Shown here piece by piece: positions 1-11,804 of a DNA stretch of 64,000 nucleotides. The stretch's first letter is position 1. Every line of letters begins with the position of its first letter. The stretch covers positions 102,860,001 to 102,924,000 of the forward strand of contig CM059431.1 of assembly GCA_030390025.1 (NCBI GenBank), written 5' to 3'. Origin of the DNA: Squalus acanthias. Lineage: Eukaryota. The notes below the pieces were generated by a model, which saw only the letters and a list, made by a program, of their open reading frames with translations, was not told the DNA's origin and searched no databases. A program made the translations under genes and the position numbers.

Positions 1-225
1 AACTTCACTACTTTTCAACACTATTCCTCTAGAAATAAACCCTAGTGCTTGGTTTAGTTTTTTTTAATGGCCTTGCTAAACTGTGGCGCTACTTTTAGTG
101 ATTTGTGTATTTGTACTCCTAGATCCCTTTGCTCCTCTACCCCACCTAGACTCGCACCCTCCAAGTGATAAGTGACCTCCCTATTCTTCCTACCAAAATG
201 TAAAACCTCACATTTATCTGTGTTG
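1..225 (-). mobile_element. CR1 LINE ORF2 fragment, running off the window start
   Basis: Minus-strand ORF reads DKCEVLHFGRKN...EEQRDLGVQIHKSLK, typical of CR1 ORF2 just after the RT core. Confidence 0.85.
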
Positions 226-408
226 ATATTTATATGAATGATCAATCGCAGAAGTGGAATGATCGATATTGGTTTATTCTGTCATGGACTCCCCCTGTGT
301 AGTTCACCAACGTGATGAGCAGATTAACGAGAGCACCAGACTGCACTGTTAGTGTTTTGGTTGTAAGTTAGTAACCTGACCTTTTTTCCAAAGCCTCTAA
401 TCTCTCAT

Positions 409-518
409 AACAACAACAACAGTGACTACACTTCAAAAAGCACTTCATTGGCTGTAAAGAGCTTTGGGACGTCCGGTGGTCGTGAAAGGCGCGATAGAAA
501 TGCCTTCTTTTCTTTTTT
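409..518 (+). mobile_element. Deu-domain SINE, 3' tail fragment
   Basis: Matches the tail of full copies such as 25812-26279 (cattggctgtaaag...aaaggcgc..tagaaatg). Confidence 0.8.
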
Positions 519-569
519 GATGGGATGTGAATAAATGACTTTATACGATTCGCATTTGACAATGTAAAC

Positions 570-1115
570 CAACAACAACAACAACTTGTATTTATATAGC
601 GCCTTTAACGTAGTAAAACGTCCCAAGGCGCTGCACAGGAGTATTGTAAGACAAAAAATTTGACACCTGAGCCACATAAGGATAAATTAGGGCAGGTGAC
701 CAAATGCTTGGTCAAAGAGGTAGGTTTTAAGGAGCATCTTAAAGGAGGAAAGAGAGGTAGCGAGGCGGACAGGTTTAGGCAGGGAATTCCAGAGCTTAGG
801 GCCCAGGCAACAGAAGGCACGGCCGCCAAAGGTTGAGCGATTATAATCAGGGATGCTCACGAGGGCAGAATTAGAGGAGCGCAGATATCTCGGGGGGCTT
901 GTGGGGCTGAAGGAGATTACAGAGATAGGGAGGGGCGAGGACATGGAGGGATCTGAAAACAAGGATGAGAATTTTGAAATCGAGGCGTTGCTTAACCGAG
1001 AGCCAATGTAGGTCAGCGAGCACAGGGGCGAACGGACCTTGGTGCGAATTAGGACACGAGCGGCCGAGTTTTGTATGACCTCAAGTTTATGTCGGGCGGA
1101 ACATGGCAGGCCAGC
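570..1115 (-). mobile_element. L2 LINE 3' fragment
   Basis: Encodes IQNSAARVL...GGRAFCCLGPKLWNSLP...SFKMLLKTYLF and ends in a (GTT)n tail. Confidence 0.9.
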
Positions 1116-1679
1116 CAGCCAGTACCAGTTATAACGCAGGTTTAGAATCCCACAAGTGGCCAGGCTGCAGCTTCTCTCTATAATAAAAACCTTGTGTGAG
1201 CTGCGGACTTGCTGCCCACGGACCTTGTTCTTACGATTTTTTTGGTAGTGGGTTCGTGCCAATTTCTTGTTGCGGCCCATGGCCAAGGTGTAGTTGCAGG
1301 CTCTTGCTGGTGGTGATGCTTCTGTGGCGTGAGTATCTGGAGCGTCTCTCTCCGCTCTCGCCATCTTGCATCAATGTAAAAGAAAACTTGTGTTCAACGC
1401 TGCCGGCAACTTACTGACAATACATACTTGTGTGTGAGAATTGATTGAAACAAATAATTGGCGACCTGACCGTAGCCCCTGAAGCAAAATGGTGCATATT
1501 AAACCATGTCTACTGAATTACTGACCATGGGTTGGCTGAAATTCCAACTCGCCTGCCATTAGGTGGGTTTTTTTCAACACTAAAAAGGAAAAAAAAAACG
1601 AGAAGGGGAGTGTGCATGGAGGAGTGCTGGGAGCCAAGTAGACCCACAGTTATCAAGGCTGGTGCTGAGTCGATTTAGA

Positions 1680-1748
1680 CGGTGGGGTCCCTGATCACCA
1701 ATACATTGGAAAAGGGGTCCTTCAACCAAAACTGTTTGAGAACCGCTG
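1680..1748. mobile_element. Possible hAT (Charlie-like) terminal fragment
   Basis: Ends tttgagaaccgctg, the reverse complement of the CAGCGGTTCTCAAA TIR type; opposite end not found. Confidence 0.4.
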
Positions 1749-1751
1749 ACA

Positions 1752-2172
1752 TAGACTAGACTCGTGTTCCCTTGCGTATAGACGATTAAGGGGCGATCCA
1801 GTTGAGGTGTTTTAAGATGATTAAAGGGGTTGACAGGGTAGATAGAGAGAAACTATTTCCTCTGGTGGGAGGAGTCCAGAACAAGGGGGCATCACCTTAA
1901 AATTAGAGCCAGGCCGTTCAGGGGTGATGTCAGGAAGCACTTCTTCACACAAAGGCTAGTGGAAATCTGGAACTCTCTCCCCAGAAAAAGCTGTTGAGGC
2001 TGGGGGAGGTCAATTGAAAATGTCAAAACTTTGATTGATAGGTTTTTGTTAGACAAGGGTATTATGGGTTGTGGAACCAAGGCGGGTAGATGGAGTTAAG
2101 ATACAGATCAGCCATGATCTAATTGAATGGCAGAACAGGCTCGAGGGGCTGAATGGCCTCCTCCAGTTTCTA
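1752..2172 (+). mobile_element. CR1 LINE 3' fragment
   Basis: Degraded RRLRGD...FFTQR..WNSLP coding segment followed by the 3' UTR agatcagccatgatctaattgaatgg. Confidence 0.85.
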
Positions 2173-2214
2173 AGGAAGCACGGGCTCTTAAGCTTCAATG
2201 AAAGAAATTAAAGG

Positions 2215-2328
2215 AAAGAATGAAAGATTTGCATTTATATAGCACCTTTCACGACCTCAGGACGTCCCAAAGTGCTTTACAGCCAACGAAGTACTTTTGA
2301 AGTGTAGTTGCTGGTGTAATGTAGGAAT
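2215..2328 (-). mobile_element. Deu-domain SINE, 3' tail fragment
   Basis: Reverse complement of the SINE tail with a (CTTT)n-type end. Confidence 0.8.
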
Positions 2329-2774
2329 TCATTCCATAGAATTGTAGAAATTACAACACAGGAGGAGGCCATTCGGCCCATCATGCCTGTGCTGGCTCTT
2401 TGAAAGAGCCGTCGTGCTCAGTCCCACACCCCCGCTTTTTGAGTGCTAAGATTTTCTCACAAGGCAGATCAGGATCCCATCTATTTGTGCTTCCGATGAG
2501 CGAATTGAATTCTCTAACGTTGATGGATTAAGTTGGATTAAGAAATTCCCATTCTTTTGACCTTGGACAAACCTTGGATAAACCTGTTCGTGTGCGCTCT
2601 GAGCGAACAGCTGGATATTTGGGCGTTGCCACTGGTTGCAGCGGAAGTTCACCAGGAGCTGAACTCGTTTTATTCTGACTCTTCATAAGGCAGCCAGAAT
2701 GGTAGTTGGGACGCTGCAACGTGTTGCTAGCAAAACGCACAGGCGGGATTAAACCATGAGCTTCCAGCTTCAAA

Positions 2775-3197
2775 AGATTGGAGAGGCTGGGTTGTTTTCT
2801 TTGGAACAGAGGAGGCTGAGGGGAGATTTAATTGAGGTGGATAAAATTGTGATAGAGTGGATAGGAAGGACCTATTTCCCTTAGCCGAGAGAGGTCAGTA
2901 ACCAGGGGGCATAGATTTAAAGTAATTGGTAGAAGGATTAGAGGGGAGTTGAGGAGAACTTTTTTCACCCAGAGGGTGGTGGGGGTCTGGAACTCACTGC
3001 CTGAAAGGGTGGTAGAGGCAGAAACCCTCATCGCATTTAAAAAGTACTTGGATACGCACTTGAATTGCCGTAACCTACAGGGCTACGGACCAAGTGCTGG
3101 AAAGTGGGATTAGGCTGGGCGGCTCTTTGTCGGCCGGCGCGGACACGATAGGCCGAATGGCCTCCTTCTGTGCTGTAAATTTCTACGATTCTATGAT
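2775..3197 (+). mobile_element. CR1 (HER1-like) LINE 3' fragment
   Basis: Encodes LERLGLFSLEQRRLRGDLIEV...FFTQRVVGVWNSLPERVVEA; ends in an attctatg tail. Confidence 0.9.
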
Positions 3198-3199
3198 GA

Positions 3200-3549
3200 C
3201 CCACTCCAGGGACTTGAGCACAAAATCTAGGCTGACACTCCCAGTGCAGTGCCGAGGGAGCGCCGCACTGTCAGAGGTGCCGACGGTCGGATGAGACGTT
3301 AAACCGAGGGCCCCGTCTGCCCTCTCAGGTGGAGGTAAAAGATCACACGGCCACTATTTTGCGGAAGAGCAGGGGGAGCTCTCTGGTCAATATTTATCTC
3401 TCAAGCAACACCTAAAATCAGAAATAGCTGGTGATTTATTTCATTGTTGTTTGTGGGATCTTGCTGTGCGCACGTTGGCTGCAAACTTCCTACGTTACAG
3501 CAGTGATTATACTTCATTGGCTGTAAAGCGCTTTGGGGATGTCCTAAGA
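3200..3549 (+). mobile_element. Deu-domain SINE lacking most of its tRNA head; tail interrupted
   Basis: Deu core gatgagacgttaaaccgagg; variant body cagtgattatacttcattgg shared with the copy at 59468-60285. Confidence 0.85.
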
Positions 3550-3620
3550 TGTGGAAGGTAGGAAGAAGGCTCGAGACAGTTAGCCCAGCAACAAGGAACT
3601 TAGCCACTGAGCGAAGAGCG
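3550..3620 (+). mobile_element. 5' end of an LTR related to the solo LTR at 59510-59970
   Basis: First 50 nt (tgtggaaggtaggaagaagg...) match 46/50 with the reverse complement of 59921-59970; 3' extent unclear. Confidence 0.65.
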
Positions 3621-4387
3621 GGGATGCTAAACAATTGTCCATCGGCACGAGATGACTTGCCTGAGCTTGAGCATTTCACCGGCTAAGATTTGAGTTTGCT
3701 TTGCCAGAGCTGAATATTGAATTGACTCTGAAAGTACAAGCTGACAGTGGATCACTTGTCACTGCAACTGTTCAGTGACGATGCTGGTTTTAAAAAAAAA
3801 CGATGGCAGTTTTCATTGCACTCAAACCTTGTCTCCATTATGATAATCGCACTGTGTGCAATTTCATCCCATTCCGCTCTCTTCTGAATGCCACAGTAAT
3901 AACGCCCTTTAAAAACCTGACCTTCCTCCCACACTCTGCTTCAAGTCTTGTGAAAATATAAATTAATTTTCACAGGCCTTATGCTTCCACGTCAAGGAAT
4001 AAATAGCCCCTGCTTGTCGAGGCACTGGGCAGAGTCTGAATGCACAGTCGGTTACAGCGGATATTTCTGAGAGTGTATGAGGAACTGTGCCAAACACGGA
4101 GGCGACTTTAACAAGTCCCGCCGCCAAATGGAGGAGCTCCGCCCAACTTGCGGCTCATACTTGAAATATGGGTGACTGCTGCCCGTGGTTTTGGTCAGAA
4201 AAAAAACCCCACTGGATTTCTGACAAGCGCTGCTGGCAATCGAAAGGCCCTGCCGCAAGCACGGACTCAAAAATTATCCACCGCTGTCGGGAACATAAGA
4301 GCATCAGAAACAGGAGCGGGAGTGACCCATAAAAACATGTCCATTTTTTTTGATGGAGCATGTCTTCTTGTCTTTTTTACGCTTCCT

Positions 4388-4610
4388 GGGGCCAATATTT
4401 ATCCCTCAATCAACATCACTAAAAAAAAAACCAGATTATCCGGTCATTATCACATTGCTGTTTGTGGGAGCTTGCTGTGCGCAAATTGGTTGCCGCGTTT
4501 CCTACATTACAACAGTGATTCCACAAAAATACTTCATTGGCTGTAAAGCGCTTTGGGACGTCCTGAGGTTGTGAAAGGCGCTATAGAAATGCAAGTCTTT
4601 CTTTCTTTCT
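4388..4610 (+). mobile_element. Deu-domain SINE, 3' half
   Basis: gccaatatttatccctcaa...aaaggcgctatagaaatgcaagt(cttt)n. Confidence 0.85.
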
Positions 4611-4907
4611 TCCCTGTGCCTCACAACAGTACCTGGCTGAGAGAGCACACTGAGTGAGCTTTTCACCAAGCCTTCGCATTGCCATTCTTGGTCTGGCTTC
4701 TAGGATGTGACAGAAAACAACCATGAAAGCCTTAAAACACACGGGGGAAAATTAGGTACAAATTCACAGCCGATCATTCTGCGGTGCAGTACCAATATAA
4801 TACATCTCACTCAGGCTGAATGAAAGCGGCAGACAAAGAACGACTGCACGATGGAAATAAAGCAGCAACAAAAACAAAAGCCAAGACTGGAATATATTGT
4901 GATAAGA

Positions 4908-5162
4908 TCATAAGAACATAAGAAATAGGAGCAGGAGTCGGCCATTTGGCCCTTCGAGCCTGCTCCGCCATTCAATAAGATCATGGCTGATCGCCTACCT
5001 CCACTCCACCTTCCCGCACTATCCCCATATCCCTTGGTATCCAAAAATCTATCGCTCTCAGTCTTGAATATACTCAACGACTGAGCATCCACGGCCCTCT
5101 GGGGTAGAGAACTCCAAAGATTCACCACCCTCTGAGTGAAGAAATGTCTCCCCATCTCAGTC
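4908..5162 (-). mobile_element. CR1 LINE 3' end
   Basis: Encodes FFTQRVVNLWSSLPQRAVDA; (TTCTTATG)n tail. Confidence 0.85.
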
Positions 5163-5424
5163 TCAGAGTGTTGTTTCACCAGCAAGCAATGTCATTTGAA
5201 GAAATAAAATTGATTAGTGCGTATACTGACTGTAAAATGTGCAGGAACCATGGGGAAAAGCGGGACTAATTGGAGAGCTCTTGCAAAGAGACGGCACGGG
5301 CACGATGGACCGAATGGCCTCCTTCTGTGCTGTGCGATTCTCCTCATAGAACTCGTCACCACAGGGTGAATACCCTAGAAGCAGTTCAAGGGAAGCTAGA
5401 TAAACACAGGAGGGAGAAAGGAAT

Positions 5425-5840
5425 ATTTTTTTTATTCGTTCACAGGATGTGGGCATCACCAGCATTTATTGCCCATCCCTAATTGCCCTTGAGAAGGAGG
5501 TGGTGAGCCGCCTTATACAACTGAGTGGCTTGCTAGGCTATTTCAGAGGGCAGTTAAGAGTCAACCACATGCCGGAGTCACATATAGGCCAGACAGAGTA
5601 AGGACGGCAGATTTCCTTCCCGACAACAGGACATTAGTGAACCAGATGGGTTTTTACAACAATCCAGTAGTTTCATGGTCACCATCACTGACGCTAGCTT
5701 TTTATTCCAGATTTATTTATTCACTGAATTTAAATTCCTCAGCTGCCTGTGGTGGGATTTGAACTCATGTCTCTGGATCATTAGTCCAAGCTCTAGTTGG
5801 ATTACTAGCCCAGTGACATAACCACTATGCTACCGTTCCC
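5425..5840 (-). mobile_element. tRNA-derived SINE family 2 (tail from the Zenon-like LINE)
   Basis: Reverse complement of the 34745-35225 family; A/B-box head near 5750-5835. Confidence 0.8.
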
Positions 5841-6325
5841 AAATGGAAGGCTATGTTGATGGGGTGAGATGAAGAGGGGTGGGAGGAGGCTCGTGTGGAG
5901 CACGGACCAGTTGGGCCGACTGGCCTGTTTCTGTGCTGCACTTTCTATGGAATTCATTACTTTGTAAACAACACGACCAGGAGTCATTTGCGATATATTA
6001 GATTATCAAGCTTAATATGGAAGGCACCAGCTGCAAAGTAAAGTAATAACTTTAGGGATTAGAATTTTCTGCGGCTTGGCAGCTTGTTGCTTCCCTTCGG
6101 ATTCTTTAGAGGCTCCTGTTGTGTTGGAAGATTATCCAGCGGCAGTCTTTTCCCGTTCGATGTTCATTTGTGTTGTAACTGTTCTGCACTGCTGTGTGTT
6201 CACGCTGGCAATAATACAAAATGACCACACGGAAATCGTCAACGAGCTGCTGAATACACCAGGGTCACTCATTAACTTCACACTGGTGGTTCCTCTCACT
6301 CTGGTTTGCTTGCTCGGGCGCTGAT

Positions 6326-6782
6326 TTGTTTCTCTCTCGCACTTTCAATCTCTCTTTTTCATTTTTTCTCTCTCTTTCACTCTCTCTCTTTCACTCTCTT
6401 TCTCTCGCTTTACTCTCTTTCACTGTCTTTCTCTCTTTTTCATTCTCTTGCTTTCTCTCTCTCTTTAACTCGCTTCACTCTCTCTTTCTTTCTCTCTTTC
6501 ACTCGCTTCACTCTCTCTTTCACTCTCTCTCTCTTTCTTTCTCTCTTTCACTCGCTTCACTCTCTCTTTCACTCTCTTTTTCATTCTCTCGCTTTCTCTC
6601 TCTCTTTAACTCGCTTCACTCTCTCTTTCTCTCTTTCACTCTCTTTCTTTCTCTGTTTCACTCGCTTCACTCTTTCTTTCACTCGCTTCACCCTCTTTTG
6701 CTCTCTTTTATTCTCTCTCTTTCGCTCTCTTTCGCTCTCTCATTCTTTCTTTCACTTTCTTTCTTTCTCTCTCTCTATCACT
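6326..6782. repeat. CT-rich polypyrimidine low-complexity tract with a recurring ttcactcgcttcactctctc motif
   Basis: Read directly; about 455 bp, almost all C/T on the + strand. Confidence 0.95.
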
Positions 6783-8054
6783 TTCTTGGTCACAGTATCT
6801 CATTCTCTGCTGGCTGGCTGTGGATGGAGGCCTGGAGATATATGAAGCAACAAGTCTCCTGGAGACCAAAGTTGAAAGTTCAGGTTGACTGGAAGTGGCC
6901 CCGGGTCAGTACTATGAATGTCACTGGAATACACACATTCAAAAGTTGCCATCTTTCCCAGCCATTCAATGTCATCATTCAGCACGACTTCCGGTTTCTC
7001 AGATACCCCGGGTGGTTCTTCCATCAGTATCTGTTGAAAATGTGTCAAAACGATTCTTTTTCCTTTGCAGTCTTCTCACCCTCTGTTACATTTTGGGATT
7101 TTTTTTTTTACCATTTTGCCACTGATAGGACTTGGTAGTGGAGCGGGCCCAGGGACTGTGTAGCCTGATTCTGCTCCTATTTCGTGTGTGCAATTCTGTT
7201 AGATGCAGGAGATGGTTCTGTGATAGATAGTAGATTGGCGGTTAGGATCAGATCAGCCATGATCTTATTGAATGGCGGAGCAGGCTCGAGGGGCCGATTG
7301 GCCTACTCCTGCTCCTATTTCTTATGTTCTTATGTTCTTATGGTATCATTTATATTTAAAGTATAAACATTTCAAGATAAAATTTGAGGAGGTTAGAGTC
7401 ACACAATAGCCACATGCTGGGGTGCAGATGAAACATCTGTCCAGAGAGCCTCAGACAGTGGTTTGATATACGGTTAATATAGGGTTGGCATATTTATAAA
7501 GGTGCGAGTATGCATCATGTCTCACTCTGCGCTCTGCAGCAGTGTGATATTTCTCTTTATTTAAGGGGGATTTTTTAATTTAGGTTATCTCTGGGCCTAC
7601 AGTAAGTTAATCTCTTCTGGTCACTTCTATAAAGTTTCCCCGTAGATTCCTCTTCTGTTTGCTGAGGCAGTAGCTTCTGGAACATTCCAGTGCAATTTTA
7701 GTACATCTTAAAAAAAAATCCATCGTACAATCAAGAATGGGTTAGAAATGTTGGAATTAGTATGGGAATTAGAGACTCTAGGAGCAGGCTCTCGAGGTCT
7801 TGCCAACTCCAGCACTCGGTTGCATTGCTGCTTCGAGCCTGATTCTACGAAATGCACACCTGCCCTGTACTGGTTTAATTTAGTCACCCTTGCCTATTAC
7901 AGATTCTTAACCGTATTTTCCAGGTTTATATTGTCTCATCAATCTCCCCATGGAAATCTGGAACTCGCTTCCCCCAAAAAGCTGTTGAGGCTGGGGGCCA
8001 ATTGAAAATGTCAAAACTGAGATGAATAGATTTTTGTTGGGAAAGGGTATTAAA

Positions 8055-8176
8055 GAAAAAAGAAAGAAAGAAAGACTTGCATTTCTATAGCGTCTTTCAC
8101 GACCACCGGACGTCCCAAAGCGCTTTACAGCCAATGAAGTACTTTTGAATTGTAGTCATTGTGGCAATGTAGGAAA
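8055..8176 (-). mobile_element. Deu-domain SINE tail
   Basis: (GAAA)n followed by gacttgcatttctatagc. Confidence 0.8.
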
Positions 8177-8191
8177 TATTGAGGGCTGCAA

Positions 8192-9042
8192 TTAAATATT
8201 GGGAAGACCGAAGCCATTGTTTTCGGTCCCCGCCACAAACTCTGTTCCCGAGCCACTGACTCCATCCCTCTCCCTAACATCTGTCTGAGGCTGAACCACA
8301 CTGTTCGCAACCTTGGTGTCATATCTGACCCTGAAATGAGCTTCCAACCACATATCCACAGCATAACAAAGAACGCCTACTTCCACCTCTGTAACATCGC
8401 CCGTCTCCGCTATTGCCTCAGCTCAACCGCTGCTGAAAGCCTCATCCATGCCTTTGTTACCTCTAGACTTGACTATTCCAACGCACTCCTGGCTGGCCTC
8501 CCACATTCCACCCTATGTAAACATGAGGTCATCCAAAACTCGGCTGCCCGTGTCCTAACTCGCACCGAGTCCCGTTCGCCCATCACCCCCTGTGCTCGCT
8601 GAACCTACATTGACTCCCAGTTAAGCAACGCCTCAATTTCAAAATTCTCATCCTTGTTTTCAATTCCCTCCATGGCCTCGCCCCTCCCTATCTCTGCAAT
8701 CTCCTCCAGCCCCACAACCCCCCGAGATATCTGTGCTCTTCTAATTCTGCCCTCTTGAGCATCCCTGATTATAATCGCTCAACCTTTGGTGGCCATACCT
8801 TTAGCTACCTGGGCCCTAAGCTCTGGAATTCCCTCCCTAAACTTCTCCGCCTCTCTACCTCTCTCTCTCCTCCTTTACGACGCTCCTTAAAACCTACCTC
8901 TTTGACCAAGCTTTTGGTCACCTGCCCTAATTTCTCCTTATGTGGATCGGTGTCAAATTTTTTGTCTTAAAATACTCCTGTGCAGCGCCTTGGGATGTTT
9001 TACTACGTTAAAGGCGCTATATAAATACAAGTTGTTGTTGTT
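8192..9042 (+). mobile_element. L2 LINE 3' fragment, about 850 bp, frameshifted
   Basis: Encodes AESLIHAFVTSRLDYSNALLAGLP...IQNSAARVL...KLWNSLP; (GTT)n tail. Confidence 0.92.
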
Positions 9043-9644
9043 GTATATGGAAGCAAGGTGGGTAAACGGAGTTGAGATACAGATCAGCCATGCTCTAAAT
9101 GCAGGGTCGAGGGGCTGAACGGCCGACTCCTGTTCCTATGTTGCAGCAAATACTGATGCATGTCTTAGACCTTCAAAGAAATTAGCACAGTTTGCTGAAC
9201 ATGAATAACTTGCTGTGGCTCTTTTCTCGGAAGTAAATTACTCTTGTACTTAAACTGCAACTCTGCATTCAAGAGCCAGCAATCACCTGGAACAGCTCGA
9301 AGAACAAACAGTGCCTGTGGAAAATTGTGCTAAGGAAAAAAGCGACCCCTTTATCTGGTTCATTAAGAGCTTGCCGCTGAAATGGGGAGATACCATTCTG
9401 TGCTTTGTGTATTCATTAGTTTTGTTTCCGGATCCAGTACTTTATCACTGTCTTGGTGATCTATAGATTTTGACTTGTTCCCGTACTCCGAATGAGAATA
9501 GTGAATAAATCAGACCTTTTACATCAACTTTCTCCCCCTTTTGTTATGAAGACCTTGCAGCAGTGAAGAGCAAACATTTTCAAGAGGCTCTGTCACACCT
9601 ACGATTTCTGATATGTTCTCAGTAATGAGTCACGTAAACCACCA

Positions 9645-10670
9645 ACATAGGAACAGGGGGAGGCCATTCAGCCCCTCGGGCCTGTTCCGCCATTCAGTTA
9701 GATCGCGGCTGATCTGTATCTTAACTCCATCTACCCGCTTTGGTTCCGTAACCCTTAATACCCTTTGCCTAACAAAAATCTATCAATCTCAGTTTTGAAA
9801 TTTCCGATTGACCACCCGGCCTCAACAGCTTTCTGGGGGAGAGAGTTCCAGATTTCCACCACCCTTTGTGTGAAGGAGTGTTGTAAGATTCTAAAAAACC
9901 GCAATAAAACCGCTGCTACCGTGTGGAGATCGAAATTCAGAACGAATTGTGAAATGGTGATGGAATACTAGGAGGTCAGCAGGGGGTCATTTGCCTGTCG
10001 GTCAGCATATGGTCCTTTGTTTGTAAGGCCACATGGACAGGAAGGAGAAACACGAGTGACGAGGAAGTCCCGCCCCCCCCCACCTCACAGGAACATGAAC
10101 GTGTCATAGGGAAGGAACTCCAATCAGGGAAGGTTTGGAGTGAAACTGACCTATCAGAGGAGGGCAGATGGTGATATACGTGTGGGGCCGGCAAAAGGCC
10201 CTATAAAAGAAGTGACCCAGAGGCGAGAAATTCAGAAAGAAGAACAGACGAACAAAGAAAGCTGGCCAGTCTATGTTAGCAGCTTACGCCTTTTCTAGAC
10301 CGATCACCCAGAGATAAAGGAGTATGTATAAAAGTCAGACATAGAGCTTAGATATTGTTAAAGGGTACTTTTATGTATGGTTCACTTGGGATATAAATCG
10401 CCAGGAGGTAGAGTATAAGTTGCTGGGGAGTACGTTTATGTACGGGTAAATTGGGAGCATATTGATTGCGATGTACACTTGAATTTTGAACTGTAGTGTG
10501 AATAAAGACTAATTTTATTGATCACATACTTATCTGTCATTGTTACGCTTATTCGTAATTCTCGAAGTCCGAACAGTCGTAAGAGAAAGGCTTACAGTGC
10601 TTCCTGACATCACCCCCTGAATGGCCTGGCTCTAATTTTAAGGCTTTGCCCCTTAGCTCTGGACGCCCCC
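9645..10670 (-). mobile_element. CR1 3' fragment split by a solo LTR
   Basis: The CR1 segment tgtgtgaag.agtg|cttcctgacatcacccc is continuous across the insertion. Confidence 0.8.
9882..10596 (+). mobile_element. Solo LTR, 715 bp (ERV or Gypsy type)
   Basis: TGTAAG...CTTACA inverted termini; 4-bp TSD GTGT/GTGC; TATAAAA at 10202; AATAAA at 10501; interrupts a CR1 copy. Confidence 0.85.
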
Positions 10671-10892
10671 TAATTGTACCTCCATCATACAGTAGCACAG
10701 AATTCTAACATTGTAGGAATATGAATTGATCTGTTGGCTAGAGATACATAATGGAGTAAGTTCATTTTAAGAAGCACTGCACAATTGTTTTGATTTATTT
10801 TAAGTTTAATTTTCACATGGAGTGGGAGAAGCGGAACCGCTGAAGTAGCAGATGCAATGAATTTCTAGAATTTTTTTGGGACAGTTTTCTGT

Positions 10893-11145
10893 GGGGCCCG
10901 ATTTTAACTCCAGGTGGATTCCCTGCTCAGGCATGAGTTAAAATCACAGTCGGGTCTTGATGATGTCATCGGGCCGCAGCATGCAGATGTAAAGAAGGAC
11001 CCTGTTGCCTGTCCTTGCTGAGGAGAGCAGGTTAAAATTGCAGATGTTGCGATCATCATGGCGGCTTTCGGACAGGGAAGAGCCAGGGCGATTTTAACAG
11101 CCCACCCGCCGGGTTTCTGCTGAGCAGGAATGGTTGAAATCGCCC
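10893..11145. mobile_element. Short MITE-like element; second copy at 30022-30278
   Basis: cgattttaac...gttgaaatcg inverted ends and a dispersed homolog in the window. Confidence 0.65.
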
Positions 11146-11215
11146 AATATATCTTAGAACTGACAAGGGAACAGGCCACACTGGATTTACTGATGAGCAT
11201 CTGGCAAATAGTGAC

Positions 11216-11770
11216 CACAGAATCTTAGAATCCTAGAATGGTTACAGCACAGAAGGAGGCCATTCGGCCCGTCGAGCCCGTGCCTGCTCTCTGCAAGAGC
11301 ACTTCAGCTAGTCCCACTCCCCCGCCCTTTCCTCGTAGCCCTGCAATTTTTTTTCCTTCATGTACTTATCCAATTCCCTGTTGAAAGCCGTGATTAGTCT
11401 GCCTCCACCACCCTTTCAGGCAGTGCATTCCAGACCCTAACCACTTGCTGCGTAAAAAAGTTTTTCCTCATGTCGCCTTTGGTTCTTCTGCCAATCACCT
11501 TAAATCTGTGTTCTCTGGTTCTTGACCCTTCCGCCAATGGGAACAGTTTCTCTCTATCTACTCTGTCCAGACCCCTCATGATTTTGAACACCTCTATCAA
11601 ATCTCCTCTCAACCTTCTCTGCTCCAAGGAGAACAACCCTAGCTTCTCCAGTCTATCCACGTAACTGAAGTCCCTCATCCTTGGAATCATTCTCTTTGAA
11701 TAAATCTTTTCTGCACCCTCTCCAACGCCTTCATATCCTTCCTAAAGTGCGGTGCCCAGAATTGGACCAT
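11216..11770 (-). mobile_element. CR1 LINE 3' fragment
   Basis: Encodes VQFWAPHFRKD...RLEKLGLFSLEQRRLRGDLIEVFKIM...WNALPERVVEAD. Confidence 0.9.
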
Positions 11771-11804
11771 AATATGATTGAAATTGTTGTTAGATGTGTG
11801 AGAA

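Larger units (their letters stand above)
7950..9142 (+). mobile_element. CR1 3' fragment (7950-8053 plus 9043-9142) split by a SINE tail and an L2
   Basis: CR1 sequence stops at aagggtattaa and resumes at tatatggaagcaaggtgggtaa after the L2 tail. Confidence 0.75.

Noticed and set aside
687..1364. 225-aa ORF starting MARAERDA as a gene
   Set aside because: The C-terminal two-thirds is frameshifted L2 sequence and the N-terminal part resembles nothing I recognise.
6306..7138. Leu/Ser/Phe-rich ORFs as membrane proteins
   Set aside because: They are translations of the CT-rich tract.
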